From: Mizuhopecten yessoensis
Taxonomy: Eukaryota
Assembly (NCBI RefSeq): GCF_002113885.1
Contig: NW_018408627.1
Coordinates: 90,422-154,421 of the forward strand
Length of the DNA: 64,000 bases
Direction: 5' to 3'
The notes under the pieces are model-generated. The model made no database searches, had not been told where the DNA came from, and saw only the letters and a program-made list of their open reading frames with translations. This document shows, one piece after another, positions 41,402 to 53,670 of the stretch; position 1 is the stretch's first letter; each line of letters opens with the position of its first letter. The translations under genes and the position numbers were made by a program.

Positions 41402-44400
41402 GTGAGTGCTCTAAGAAAAATCTTCAATCAGTTCTCCAACCCCGTAATTTACTCTTTCATTAAACTACATTAAGCTTTTATTATTTGTGTATTGTGACGG
41501 GACCCCTGACGAAATGGTGTCACTATTTTGTTCTAACTGTTTCAATTCCGTTTGTTTTTGTGACGAAAACGAGCATTCTTAATATAACCAAACTTGTATA
41601 ACTCACTCGTCCCTAGCTCAAATTATTATATAAATCTCCTTAAAATTAGCAAAGTATGACTTACCAAGGATTCTGTTTTCTGTTTCGCATAGGTTTTTGG
41701 TTAAAAATCAATCTTCTTATAATTTACATAACATACAAGTTGTAAGATATTGCTTTTCGAAACTCTGTTAGCAGTTGACATCTTTTACGTTTAAATGATA
41801 TAATTTGACTACTGGATAGAATGCAATAGGTTATCATCAAGTAGTTTCCGAAAATGTACAACTCTACAATTGTTTAATTAACCTTGATTCAGCTTAAATA
41901 AAGGCTTTCATATTATTTTAATTGACAGAGATTTGGAAATGCTTTATTCGTTTGTGCACGGAAATCAAATTAGAAACAATTTAAAAATGAAATGTTATTT
42001 TTGAAGGCAAAAGATAATCGTTATCACTTCTAGGAAAGTCATAACAAACGAAACCGTGAATGAAACAGCTTAATTTGCTGGCTGTGACGTCATTGTAACT
42101 GCCACGGTTACCGAGAGATGCCACTCCCAAGACACTTGAGTGACAGGGGGCATGGTTTTGTGACGTCACATTTTCGTATCGTATCACCGTGATAATTAGA
42201 TAAAGATATTAGATAACTTGTTCCGCCATATATTTGTCAATTTCATTTTCTACTTTTAATTTACAAAAGAAGCCATTCCCTTTTATCTTGCTAGGGACTT
42301 TTCAGTTCAAATTCCATCTTATTCAATTCACATTTAAAAATCCACAATAATTAGATACGGCCAACAGTTCTTTTTATTTCAGAACAAAATACAACAAATT
42401 TTCAATCTCTTGAGAACTAAATAAATACATTAATAGATAGATTAATAAATACTTAATTTAATTACTAATGAAATAATAAAATTACTATAACCTACGATGT
42501 TGTTTTGCTGAGAAATATTTGTTTTAAATATTTTCCGAAAGTTGTTTCATAATTGACATTTTCATATGCCTCTTGAATCATTAGCTTTGTTCTGATAATG
42601 AACACCAGGACTTCTCTAATATAAATATTCCAGAATCTATGGGCAGACGTTACGGACCGATAATTGTTTTTTCTCTACAAATTAATGCGAGAATCGTTAT
42701 GCACTGAGCAAGAAATTGGCAATTTTCTCTTGAATATTGGGTTCGATGAATCAACAGTTAGTTATTGATTATGAGCTGTCATCATTCATCGACCAGAAGA
42801 TGAGATCAACTGCAAGTATCCCAGAGAGCCCCTGCTCAGATTGTAATCACGCTGTCGCCTGACACGCCCCCGGTAGGGAGATCACCACCAATACGCGCTT
42901 AAACATATCTGTGTTTGCACAGTACTACCTCGGCAATCGATCTCTCGTTGATTTGCTACTGTTATTCAAATGGCTTTTAAAATGATTTCATATATAATCC
43001 TGCAGGTATTCTTTAGCATAAGGAATAAGTAGCAGAACAATTTGATTCTGTTTTCCATTATAAGTACACTAACTACGGTTTACACTTTTTGTTAGATAAT
43101 TCAGATATCACACTTTACAGAAGGGTTTGAGATAACCTTTACCGATTATCAAACTTCGCATATGCTTGTGGTTAAATCATAATTCTACTTTTGGCATAGA
43201 CAACATCAGCTACAAAATACCGTGTTTTCAACACAAAAATGAAACCTCTAATTTCATTGGAACTTCCTCCTAAAATTTCTTGGGTAAAAAATAATTCATC
43301 AACAGATAATGTTTTCATCAATGAAATATCCCGTAAACCAGCGATAGGATCTCGGACCAGTTACGTCTTTCATCGACGTTTCCTACCTCTCACATCTCTG
43401 GTTCAGCTCCTCTTAAAACGTTGTCAATATTTGATGAGGTCTGTTTGCCCGGTAATTCTACAGTCACTTCACGGCCCTACATTGTAACTCTGTTCAGTGT
43501 TAGAGCAGAGCCAGCTACCGAGGTAGTCACCAAGGATAGCACGGGTCCACACAGTCACATATTGTAAATGTGGGACATGTTTCTTTTTATTATTATATAA
43601 CTAAAAAAGACCAGTATTTGTCCATTAGTTGTGATATATTTACCAATGGGTTAATGTTGTTGTTGGTCGCAGAAATACTTTTTAACTCCATTCAGACTGA
43701 AACTTAAATTTTGTTTACATACCTTTCACAGCAGGTAAAATCATGTGACGTCATTTTCTTGAATAAGGAGGATTGCGTTTGAGATCTGAACATCAATGCG
43801 ATTTAACCAGGAACTTACAGCGAATAAAGACAAATAAAACGGGATAAAGATCTATGCTGACTTACAGCCCCGTTCAGACTCCCGCGGCCGTGCCAGTTCT
43901 CTGTATCCTCCCTCTATCTAGTTACACCCACTCAATCTGCTGTTTGATTATCTATAGCAAATTGTTGACTGTCACTGTCACATTTATATCCTTATTTACC
44001 CAATAATATCCCGGAACACCGCTGTATGACCTGAACCGTCACATTGGTGGTATGTATACTGCCGTTTTATGGAGCAACCTGCCATCCTTTAATTTCCTCT
44101 TGAATTATTAAACGAAATATTTCTAAGGCTTATAATAACATCCTTGATGTGAGATAAGCAGTTGTGGCCGTGCTAACGCGACTAACTCTTGTTGTAACGA
44201 CACGTCAACAGTTGTTTTAATGATGACTCGACAAAAACCGTATCACAATCTTAAATCTAACAAATTACTATCGTACGATGCTTCCTTTCACAATCTATTT
44301 TCGACTAGTCAGGTTTATTATTTAACAGTGAAGAGGCCAATGCTGGCTTCTCAGTGGTTATATACTTCTGCTTTGATAATCATGCTGGATGGATTGATGT

Positions 44401-44439
44401 GACATCGTTAAAACTTGTGTTTTTTAATGTTTTGAAGGA

Positions 44440-45390
44440 CTGCTGTAATATCGTTTATTAAACCTGTTTGGTTACAATGACGTGGACCCGTGTGATATTT
44501 GTATCAAACTGTTTTGTTACAATGCCGTGGATTTCTGTAATATTTGTATCAAACTGTTTTGTTACAATGCCGTGGACCCGTTTGATATTTTTATCAAACT
44601 GTTTTGTTACATAGTCGTGATAGACTTCTGTAATATTTCTATAAAAACTGTTTGGGTTACAATGTCGTGATAGACTTCTGCAATATTTCTATTAAACCTG
44701 GTTGGTTACGTTGTCGTGATCTGTAATATTTCCATTAAACCTCTTGGGTTACAATGTCGTGATAGACTTCTGTAATATTTTTATTAAACCTGATTGGTTA
44801 CAATGTCGTGATAGACTTCTGTAATATTTCTATAAAACTGATTGGTTCCATTGTCGTGTTAGACTTCTGTAATATTTTTTATTAAACCTGTTTGGCTACA
44901 ATGTCGTGATAGACTTCTGTAATATTTCTATTAAACCTGATTGGCTACAATGTCGTGATAGACTTCTGTAATATTTCTATAAAACTGATTGGTTCCATTG
45001 TCGTGTTAGACTTCTGTAATATTTTTTATTAAACCTGTTTGGCTACAATGTCGTGATAGACTTCTGTAATATTTCTATTAAACCGGATTGGTTACAATGT
45101 CGTGATAGACTTCTGTAATATTTCTATAAAAACTGATTGGTTCCATTGTCGTGATAGACTTCTGTAATATTTTTTATTAAACCTGTTTGACTACAATGTC
45201 GCGATAGACTTCTGTAATATTTTTATTAAACCTGTTTGGTTACAATGTCGTGATAGACTTCTGTAATATTTCTATTAAACCTGATTGGTTACATTGTCGT
45301 GATAGACTTCTTTAATATTTCTAGTAAACCTGTTTTGTTACATTGTCGTGATAGACTTCTGTTATATTTCTATTAAACCTTTTGTTATAC
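44440..45390 (+). repeat. Minisatellite, 49-bp unit (45-bp variant at the left end), ~20 copies
   Basis: TTACAATGTCGTGATAGACTTCTGTAATATTTCTATTAAACCTGATTGG repeated. Confidence 0.97.
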
Positions 45391-47050
45391 AATTTCATGA
45401 TGCGCCAGTCGAAGTCTATCTAAATGGTTCGATGACAATGTTTAATGTACTTCTATGAAATCCCTAACATACCCACGCATCATCCTATCACTGCTTCACG
45501 TGTCCACCTGTTAACGCCAGCCGCTGGTCACAAACTACTCCTTATCCCCGCAGTTGTCCCATCGCTTTATTATCTCTGATATAAAATCTACGATAATGGA
45601 TATCACCGATCAGATTTTAATGTCCTAGGCATTATTCATAATTGTATGTTGACATAGTTAGTATCATGCTCGTTTCCACTTCAGCAGGATATTTAAAATT
45701 ATAATCAAATTACCTTGATTGAGGTTGCGTTATTCGTGGAATATCTTGTGGACTTTTCGCTGACGTGATTTTGATCGTGGTCCATTGGTTGCTGGGAAGG
45801 TATGATTATTGGTGAAATAAATGGCTAATATGTGCGGCCCCAGGGACGTCACGGCCCTAACTCGCCTTGCCGATACACAATCGTACTGGCAAATCGCTGG
45901 ATGCAGGCATGCAAAATGAATGAGGCGGATCTTTAGTGAAAGGAGACTGATATTTATGAAGGCAAAACAGAAAGTAATTATTATTTATAATCCGTCCCTT
46001 TGTATACTAGATAGCGTAAAAAGTAGGGATAGGCAGGCTAGTCTGTTAATTCCTTGTAACAGTCTCGGAATGGCCGCACAATTCCCTGCTCTTTGTTTGG
46101 CGTTGCATAGAATATTGGTGTAATGTTAACGGGTATAATGAAGGTCTGACAAGTATTGGGGACGGAGGTTTAAACTTGATAGATAGTATAGCATCGCGTA
46201 CTAGCATTGTTTGTAATATGACCGTTATCATGTAGGAACATTGAAAAGAACATTTCTGTTTCATCAGTGGCAATACTTGGGCTATCTTTTTGAACTTTGT
46301 TTTATAACAAATGCGAATCAAATTTATCTTGTAGAAAGGCGGGTGCGCTATCCATTCCGCGACTCGACTACCTGATATCTATACTCACCCAATGCCATAT
46401 GATGTTATTTCGTTTGCTCCAACAATAATTATACCTGTGATACTTATCACGTTTTTTTTTAAATTTTGCCTGTTACGCTTAAGGCATTAATTATATGGAC
46501 AAGTAATACGCTGTTAATTTTTCTGCGACACATACAGCAATATTTTTTCTTGATGTTAATTTCAAGCGATAAACATTTTATAAAGATTAAATGCGCTATA
46601 TTTAAGTAGGTTTGACAGTATATGTTTTATTGTATAAGTCACTGTGAAAGAGGATATTAACTACAGGTAATGGCATTTTAATGGAATTTCAGTAGGGCGA
46701 AATACACAAAAAATTACTACAAGTTAAGATGTATAATGAGAATTATAGCACAGTTTAGGTCAACTATAAAGTCATACTGACCGGTGGTGACTCGACCATT
46801 TCGACCACTTCAGCCAATTATATGTAAACAAATGTGACGAGACAAGATGTTTCCTGTATAATTTGTTAGCTGAAAAAATACGGTATACACAGGTGCATGT
46901 ACATATGTATAAAAGACCTGGACTGAGTAAAACCATGCACCTCGTAATCGATTAAGATCACCGCCATCTTGTTTGGTTTTATCTAGGAAATTAGTTAGAT
47001 ACACTGAAATACATTACACTTGTATAACATTTAAAGGAACAAACTTTTAC

Positions 47051-47864
47051 AAAATGTTACATATGTCAATGAGATAATAATATAGAATGTTACATACGTC
47101 AATGAGATGATAACATAAAATGTTACATATGTCAATGAGATGATAATATAGAATGTTACATATGTCAATGAGATGATAACATAAAATGTTACATATGTCA
47201 ATGAGATTATAATATAAAATGTTACATATGACAATGAGATAATAATATAAAATGCTACTTATGTCAATGAGATGATAATATAAAATGTTACATATGTCAA
47301 GGAGATGATAATATAAAATGTTACATATGTCAATGAGATGATAATATAAAATGTTACATATGTCAATGAGATGATAATATAAAATGCTACATATGTCAAT
47401 GAGATGATAATATAAAATGTTACATATGTCAATGAGATGATAATATAAAATGTTACATATGTCAATGAGATGATAATATAAAATGTTACATATGTCAATG
47501 AGATGATAATATAAAATGTTACATATGTCAATGAGATGATAATATAAAATGTTACATATGTCAATGAGATGATAATATAAAATGTTACATATGTCAATGA
47601 GATTATAATATAAAATGTTACATATGACAATGAGATTATAATATAAAATGTTACATATGACAATGAGATAATAATATAAAATGTTACTTATGTCAATGAG
47701 ATGATAATATAAAATGTTACATATGTCAATGAGATGATAATATAAAATGTTACATATGTCAATGAGATGATAATATAAAATGTTACATATGTCAATGAGA
47801 TTATAATATAAAATGTTACATATGTCAATGAGATTATAATATAAAATGTTACATATGACAATGA
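47051..47864 (+). repeat. Minisatellite, 33-bp unit (AAAATGTTACATATGTCAATGAGATGATAATAT), ~24 copies
   Basis: Direct repetition. Confidence 0.98.
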
Positions 47865-47867
47865 GTG

Positions 47868-47958
47868 TCATCCACGTGTGCGTACTGTGTTTGGCTGAGT
47901 TCATCCACGTGTGCGTACTGTGTTTGGCTGAGTTCATCCACGTGTGCGTCCTGTGTTT
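47868..47958 (+). repeat. Second 33-bp repeat (CATCCACGTGTGCGTACTGTGTTTGGCTGAGTT) x2.7, also present at 48395-48485
   Basis: Direct repetition. Confidence 0.95.
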
Positions 47959-49497
47959 GCAGTCACACGCACTTGTCAGTTTTCTCCCGAGACTAAACCA
48001 TTCCTGGAATACAAATGTACTTCTGCTCTGTTCAATAATTATGTTTCAAAACACTAGAAATATTGCCGTATGAGGATAATTTAGATTACACCAGAATTAT
48101 TTATGTAACTGCTCTATGCTTGATGTCTGTATCATACATAATACACGAGGTTGTAAAAAGGATGGATTTCTATATCATCTTACCTAGCAAAAAACAAGAC
48201 CGGAGTTTGCATGTTATTAACTGATCATTAGTCAGTGGTACGCTGTTAATTTTTCTGCGACACATACAGCAATATTTTTTCTTGATGTTAATTTCAAGCG
48301 ATAAACATTTTATAAAGATTAAATGCGCTATATTTAAGTAGGTTTGACAGTATATGTTTATGATATAAGTCACTGTGAAAGAGGATATTAACTACATCCA
48401 CGTGTGCGTCCTGTGTTTGGCTGAGTTTATCCACGTGTGCGTACTGTGTTTGGCTGAGTTCATCCACGTGTGCGTCCTGTGTTTGCAGTCACACGCACTT
48501 GTCAGTTTTCTCCCGAGACTAAACCATTCCTGGAATACAAATGTACTTCTGCTCTGTTCAATAATTATGTTTCAAAACACTAGAAATATTGCCGTATGAG
48601 GATAATTTAGATTACACCAGAATTATTTATGTAACTGCTCTATGCTTGATGTCTGTATCATACATAATACACGAGGTTGTAAAAAGGATGGATTTCTATA
48701 CCATCTTACCTAGCAAAAAACAAGACCGGAGTTTGCATGTTATTAACTGATCATTAGTCAGTCTTCTCCCCCAGCGGCCTCTGACGCCTCATTCCCATTG
48801 TTTGCTCGACAACACCACCTGGTAGGAACGATGAAACTATTTGGTATGAATATGTCGTCAATCCAATCGAAGGTGCATTACGTATCAATAAAAGCAAATT
48901 TATACGATAATTACAAGGTAGCGATTTGAACATACATGTATCTATAAATAGTGGTTCATTAGTATCCATTACATCACTTCCGGGTCGCATTGCTGTGGAT
49001 GTCCCGTGCCTGCAGTATGTCTGAGGTTCTACATTACGTGTTTACAACAAACGTTTCTGTGTCATAGTTTTGAAAGCATTAACATGTCTGACAGTTTGAA
49101 ACCGGAAGTAAGGTAACACATCTTGTCACTGCTAAGAGAAATGTGTCGTGGATTGGTTAAATGGTAGCTGTGAGCCCCTCGGCCGCATGGCAACACGCCA
49201 CCTCAACATACCGACTCATTAATGAGAACCAATGACTTGAAATCAAATCACAGTTGGGTCTTAACTCTTTCCGATGAATTTTCTATTCTGTTGTGTAATG
49301 ACAATTAAATATGGCCTGTTTCGTGCAACATGTCCATTGGGACACATTGGGTTCCGGAAATACTCGAGCTATGGATGACGAGATATTGAGATGTGCGCTA
49401 CTGAGTTAGGTCGTGCGCTCGTCTTGGCTTTATTCCATTTGGAGACAAACAAAACACATCTTCGTTAATTCTAAGTTAGTGAACAAGACAAGGGACT

Positions 49498-49700
49498 CGT
49501 AAATAATTCTTTGTAAATAAGACAATACACACGCTTGCTAATTCTTAAATGAAAAGACATGTTAGGGATTCATTCGTTCAATTCTTCATGAACAAGACCG
49601 TAAATAATTCTTTGTAAATAAGACAATACACACACTTGCTAATTCCTAAATGAAAAGACATGTTAGGGGTTCACTCGTTCGATTCTTCATGAACAAGACC
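49498..49700. repeat. ~101-bp direct tandem duplication
   Basis: CGTAAATAATTCTTTGTAAATAAGAC...CATGAACAAGAC occurs twice. Confidence 0.9.
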
Positions 49701-49834
49701 AGTATCTCACTCGTTTATTCTTAGTACAAGGCAAGGTCGAGTGTCTGTTATTATTTTCATTACTGAAACAAGTAGAAATAAGCAATTATACATTTGTGAG
49801 GTAATTGAGGTTCATGTAAGGGTGAATGATACCA

Positions 49835-49980
49835 GTGTTTATCTATGATTCACGTCCCACCAATAGCTAGGGTCACATGGAGACGTATGGGTACGGATAC
49901 ATCACCGAAAAGGCAAGACACATCCCAAGTCTTTCAATAGGGGCAGCAAACCAATTTTAGTCTCTCAAATGTCCCCGAAG
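49835..49980 (-). mobile_element. Decayed SINE 3' end
   Basis: Reverse complement CGTCTCCATGTGACCCTAGCTATTGGTGGGACGTGAA resembles the SINE tail at 3319-3355. Confidence 0.5.
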
Positions 49981-49989
49981 ACACTGAAA

Positions 49990-50380
49990 AACTCCCGATT
50001 CTGCTAGGGGCCCAACATTGTTCGCCTTCTGCGACATATATTGACATACGCAGGCCTTTTTGTTTTTGAGAACCTGCAAAACCTTCGTTATAAGAGTTCA
50101 GCTTCAGCGATGTTTGTTTCGAGTATGCTACCTTTTGATAAAATATAAAACAACAAGAAAGATATTTTCTACCTTAGAATTACTTCCCTTGTCTGGCTAT
50201 TCATGTTTCGTTTTCATTCTTGGCGATAGATATGTGAAGTCTAGGATTGGTAATGTTTAGGTCCCGAATTTAATCCCCATAGTTGTAAGTGTATCCGGTA
50301 TGAAACTCTATCCTGTATAACATATCAATTATATGTATATTTTACTTTGAATATTTACATGGAAACTATTAATTTATTTA
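49990..50380 (+). mobile_element. Decayed Naiad-type RT core leading into the 30-bp array
   Basis: ILLG..CSP (cf. IPMGTNCAP), LF..CY, LAIH..SF..RYV (cf. FRYID), VYP in order. Confidence 0.4.
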
Positions 50381-50510
50381 GTTTCTACACATGAGCTATA
50401 AGTATATGTAGTTTCTACACAGGAGCTATAAGTAAATATGGTTTCTACACAGGAGCTATAGGTATATCTGGTTTCTACACAGGAGCCATACGTATATCTA
50501 GTTTCTCCAC
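50381..50510 (+). repeat. Minisatellite, 30-bp unit, ~4 copies
   Basis: GTTTCTACACAGGAGCTATAAGTATATCTA repeated. Confidence 0.92.
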
Positions 50511-51079
50511 AAAAGTATTGAATGATTAATATCTGCAATAATGGATATCAGGCATGGATTGATCACGACAGGGTTACGTGATACCTCAAAAATTAATCAA
50601 TATTGACATTTAAGATTTAATGTTGATTTAATATTTGGAAATAATAGAATTTTGAGTTAACAAAGTCCGGTTGTTGTTTTTTATCGAGAAATTGGTTTAC
50701 CGTTACCACCAGATAGCACACATTACATGTAGCGTCTACCGAGGTAATCGTGGGAAATACAACATCAGATGAAAAAATTGATTGTAATCTAATTCTGCAA
50801 TAATTCTCATCTGACCTCATTTATATCCCTGCTATCCATTTAACCAGTATTTCCCAAGTAATTAAGTGATCAGATCAATTAAACCGATGTTAACTACTCA
50901 TCATGTCGGGACTTTATTTGTTTTCATACATTCTAACCATACTTGTATTAAACATTTAACAAACCAAGCTGAAACACGATGTCGATGTGATCAGCTCATA
51001 GAATATCGAGATCACTTAATAACGTCAAACGTCTCAATGAGCGTGTTGCTTTTAGGCTGTTTTGTACAATAAAATAACG

Positions 51080-52110
51080 TCCGAAGTATCCTACACAAGG
51101 CGGTGTCCAGGGTACTCTACACAAGGCGGTGCCCGGGGTATCCTACACAAGGTGGTGGCCAGGGTACTCTACACAAGGCGGTGTCCGAGGTATCCTACAC
51201 TAGGCGGTATCCAGGGTACTCTACACAAGGCGGTGTCCAGGGTATCCTACACAAGGTGATGTCCATGGTATCCTACACAAGGTGGTATCCAAGGTATTCT
51301 ACACGAGGCGGTATCCAAGGTATTCTACACAAGGTGGTGTCCGGGGTATTCTATACTAGGCGGTGTCCGGGGTTTCCTACACTAGGTGGTGTCCGGGGTA
51401 TTCTATACTAGGCGGTGTCCGGGGTATCCTACACTAGGTGGTGTCCGGGGTATCCTACACAAGGTGGTGTCCGGGGTATCCTACACAAGTCGGTGTCCGT
51501 TGTATCCTACACCCGGCGGTGAACGGGGTATCCTACACAAGGCGGTGTCCGTTGTATCCTACACAAGGTGGAGTCCGGGTATCCTACACTAGGTGGTGTC
51601 CGGAGTATTCTACACTAGGTGGTGTCCGGGGTATCCTACACAAGGCGGTGTCCGGGGTATCTTACACAAGGCGGGGTCCGGTGTATCCTACACAAGGTGG
51701 AGTCCGGGGATCCTACACAAGTCGCAGTCCGGGGTATCCTCCACAAGTCGGTGTCCGGGGTATCCTACACTAGGCGGTGTCCGGGGTATCCTACACAAGG
51801 CGGTGTCCGTTGTATCCTACACAAGGTGGAGTCCGGGTATCCTACACAAGGTGGTGTCCGGGGTATCCTACACAAGTCGCAGTCCGGGGTATCCTACACA
51901 AGTCGGTGTCCGGGGTATCCTACACTAGGCGGTGTCCGGGTTATCCTACACAAGGCGGTGTCAAGGGTATCCTACACAAGGCGGTGTCCGGGGTATTCTA
52001 CACTAGGCGGTGTCCGGGGTATCCTACACAAGGTGGTGTACGGAGTATCACAGTTTCTTGAGTATCTTACACAAAGTAGTTTCTGGGGTGTCCTTACAAG
52101 GTGGTGTTTC
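51080..52110 (+). repeat. GC-rich minisatellite, 26-bp unit (GTATCCTACACAAGGCGGTGTCCGGG), ~39 copies
   Basis: Direct repetition. Confidence 0.98.
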
Positions 52111-52727
52111 CCCTCCATTCAACCTATTTCTCGGGTAACGCCCTCAATAAACATGATAAATTTTGGAGAAACAAACAATAAAAACTAAAGGAAATGCCGT
52201 CACTATTTTATACCAACCCTGTTCTGTGACTAGCCGGTTTATTATATAAATTACAAAAGGTGTTGCTTGTCCCATTGTCATAGTAGAAAAAACACCAACT
52301 TTATTTTTTTATTTTTTTTATTTTTAACTTTGTATTATATCTTAATTTGCAACGACGAAAATATTACTTCATCAACAAAGTGCGGGATTTAGCTACATTT
52401 GTACATACTCTTTGACGTCAAATTTTAATGACGCCACGATTGGCAACAAGGATGCGCGCCATTTGGAATAAGCTACTTATGCAGTTCTTCAAATTTTTGC
52501 TACTGTCTAGTACATATTTCTAACAAAACAAACGTTATCAATAATTTAGTTATGTTAATAATTAGTGTTTGCACTAAAGATGTACAAAACAACCACTTAT
52601 TCTAGTATCGCGGCAGCTGATCAGATAATCTGCAGCTTTGATATATTTCACTGGTAAAATGCTATAAATGTGTGGCTGATTTTAATTGTACATAGAATTA
52701 CGGCCGTCTTCTAGCTTCGAGCTAAAT

Positions 52728-53054
52728 GGAATTTCTCAGTGGTAGAGCAACGGGCTGAATAGCCAATGGTCGCGGGTTCGAGTCCCAGTGACGGCACTAT
52801 CTTTATCACTATTCCTCGTCTTACTACAAACTGGTGCCTTTGACCCTTCCTGTTCAAGGTCGGAGAACCCTTGGCAGGGAGTCAAAGAACCTGGGTTGGT
52901 GTTTGAAAAAAAGGTTGGTTTACAAGCGTCAGCTGTAGGGAATTTCCCTTTAGCTCAGCGGAAGAGCATCGGGCTGGAGTGCCAAGGGACGCGGGTTCGA
53001 ACCCCAGCGACGACACTCTCTTTATCACTATTCTTTGTCCTACTACAAACTGGT
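52728..53054 (+). mobile_element. Miniature LTR element (TRIM) with tRNA-derived LTRs, Ajax-like
   Basis: LTR2 52934-53047 is TGTAG...CTACA with A box TAGCTCAGCGG and B box GGTTCGAACC. LTR1 (~52728-52828) is 5'-damaged. PBS-like TGGTGCCTTTGACC at 52832, 3 nt after LTR1; ~105-bp internal region. Confidence 0.75.
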
Positions 53055-53104
53055 AAGTATTATACCTGATAATTTCTTACAAACGACAAAAAAAGCTGGG
53101 TGCT

Positions 53105-53670
53105 ACCAATCGTTTTGCCTCTGTAAAAATAGCAATTTTACAAAAATAATACTAGCGGATAAGTGCTGTTAGTACAGAAATGCCACCGTATTTAAACGAA
53201 AAGAATCTGGACTACGCTGCCGAACTGTTAGATTCAATCCTGGCTAAATTTTTCAAGGAAGCTCGTTCGGGTAAAAGTGAACTTTACACAAATGTAAATC
53301 TAACATCAGTTATACAAGTAGATGTTTTGGTGGATTTAACATCATCAACGGCGTAGAATTCCCGAAAACAACGTTCCAAAGTCCATGGAGCTCAAAAGGT
53401 ACTGGGAACCTGCGATAAAATAGAAAAAACAACAATAAATCAAACACAACGAAGAACTGGCAATCAACTCGTCTTATCCAGAACCGTGAGGTTATTATTG
53501 TATCGATGGAGTATATAATAAAAACAAATATGGACTTTGTGCAAGTTATATAAGATGTGATATGAACCTGAAAAATGATATTGACTTTAGCGAAGCCATG
53601 GTTAATATCACTTCTTCAGGTTCATATCACACTTAATCAACCATCACAAAAGTCGATGATTGTATAATAT
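53105..53670 (+). mobile_element. Internally deleted Crypton-like (tyrosine recombinase, KCTD1/ZMYM-related) element relic with palindromic 3' end
   Basis: RFASV; YLNEKNLDYAAELLDSILAKFFKEARSGKSELYTNVNLTSVI (from 53189); FNIINGVEF. Matches the LxxxLxxFYxEARxxxGExY N-terminal pattern. Palindrome 53557-53630 with GCGAAGC apex, then ATTGTATAATA. Confidence 0.7.

Larger units (their letters stand above)
46507..48762. repeat. Local tandem duplication whose second copy lacks ~1.2 kb
   Basis: 46507-46665 recurs at 48239-48396, and 47868-48235 recurs at 48395-48762, both nearly identical. Confidence 0.93.

Noticed and set aside
47047-47937. 296-aa ORF, and similar ORFs at 27995-28644, 51062-52188 and 59809-60399
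   Set aside because: Translations of minisatellites.
49498-49700. 101-bp duplication as another PLE-derived array
   Set aside because: No RT motif could be read on either strand, so it is counted as an exception to the main pattern.
52730-53020. Two functional tRNA genes
   Set aside because: A and B boxes are present but there is no pairing acceptor stem; they sit inside TG..CA direct repeats with a PBS, so an LTR element explains them better.
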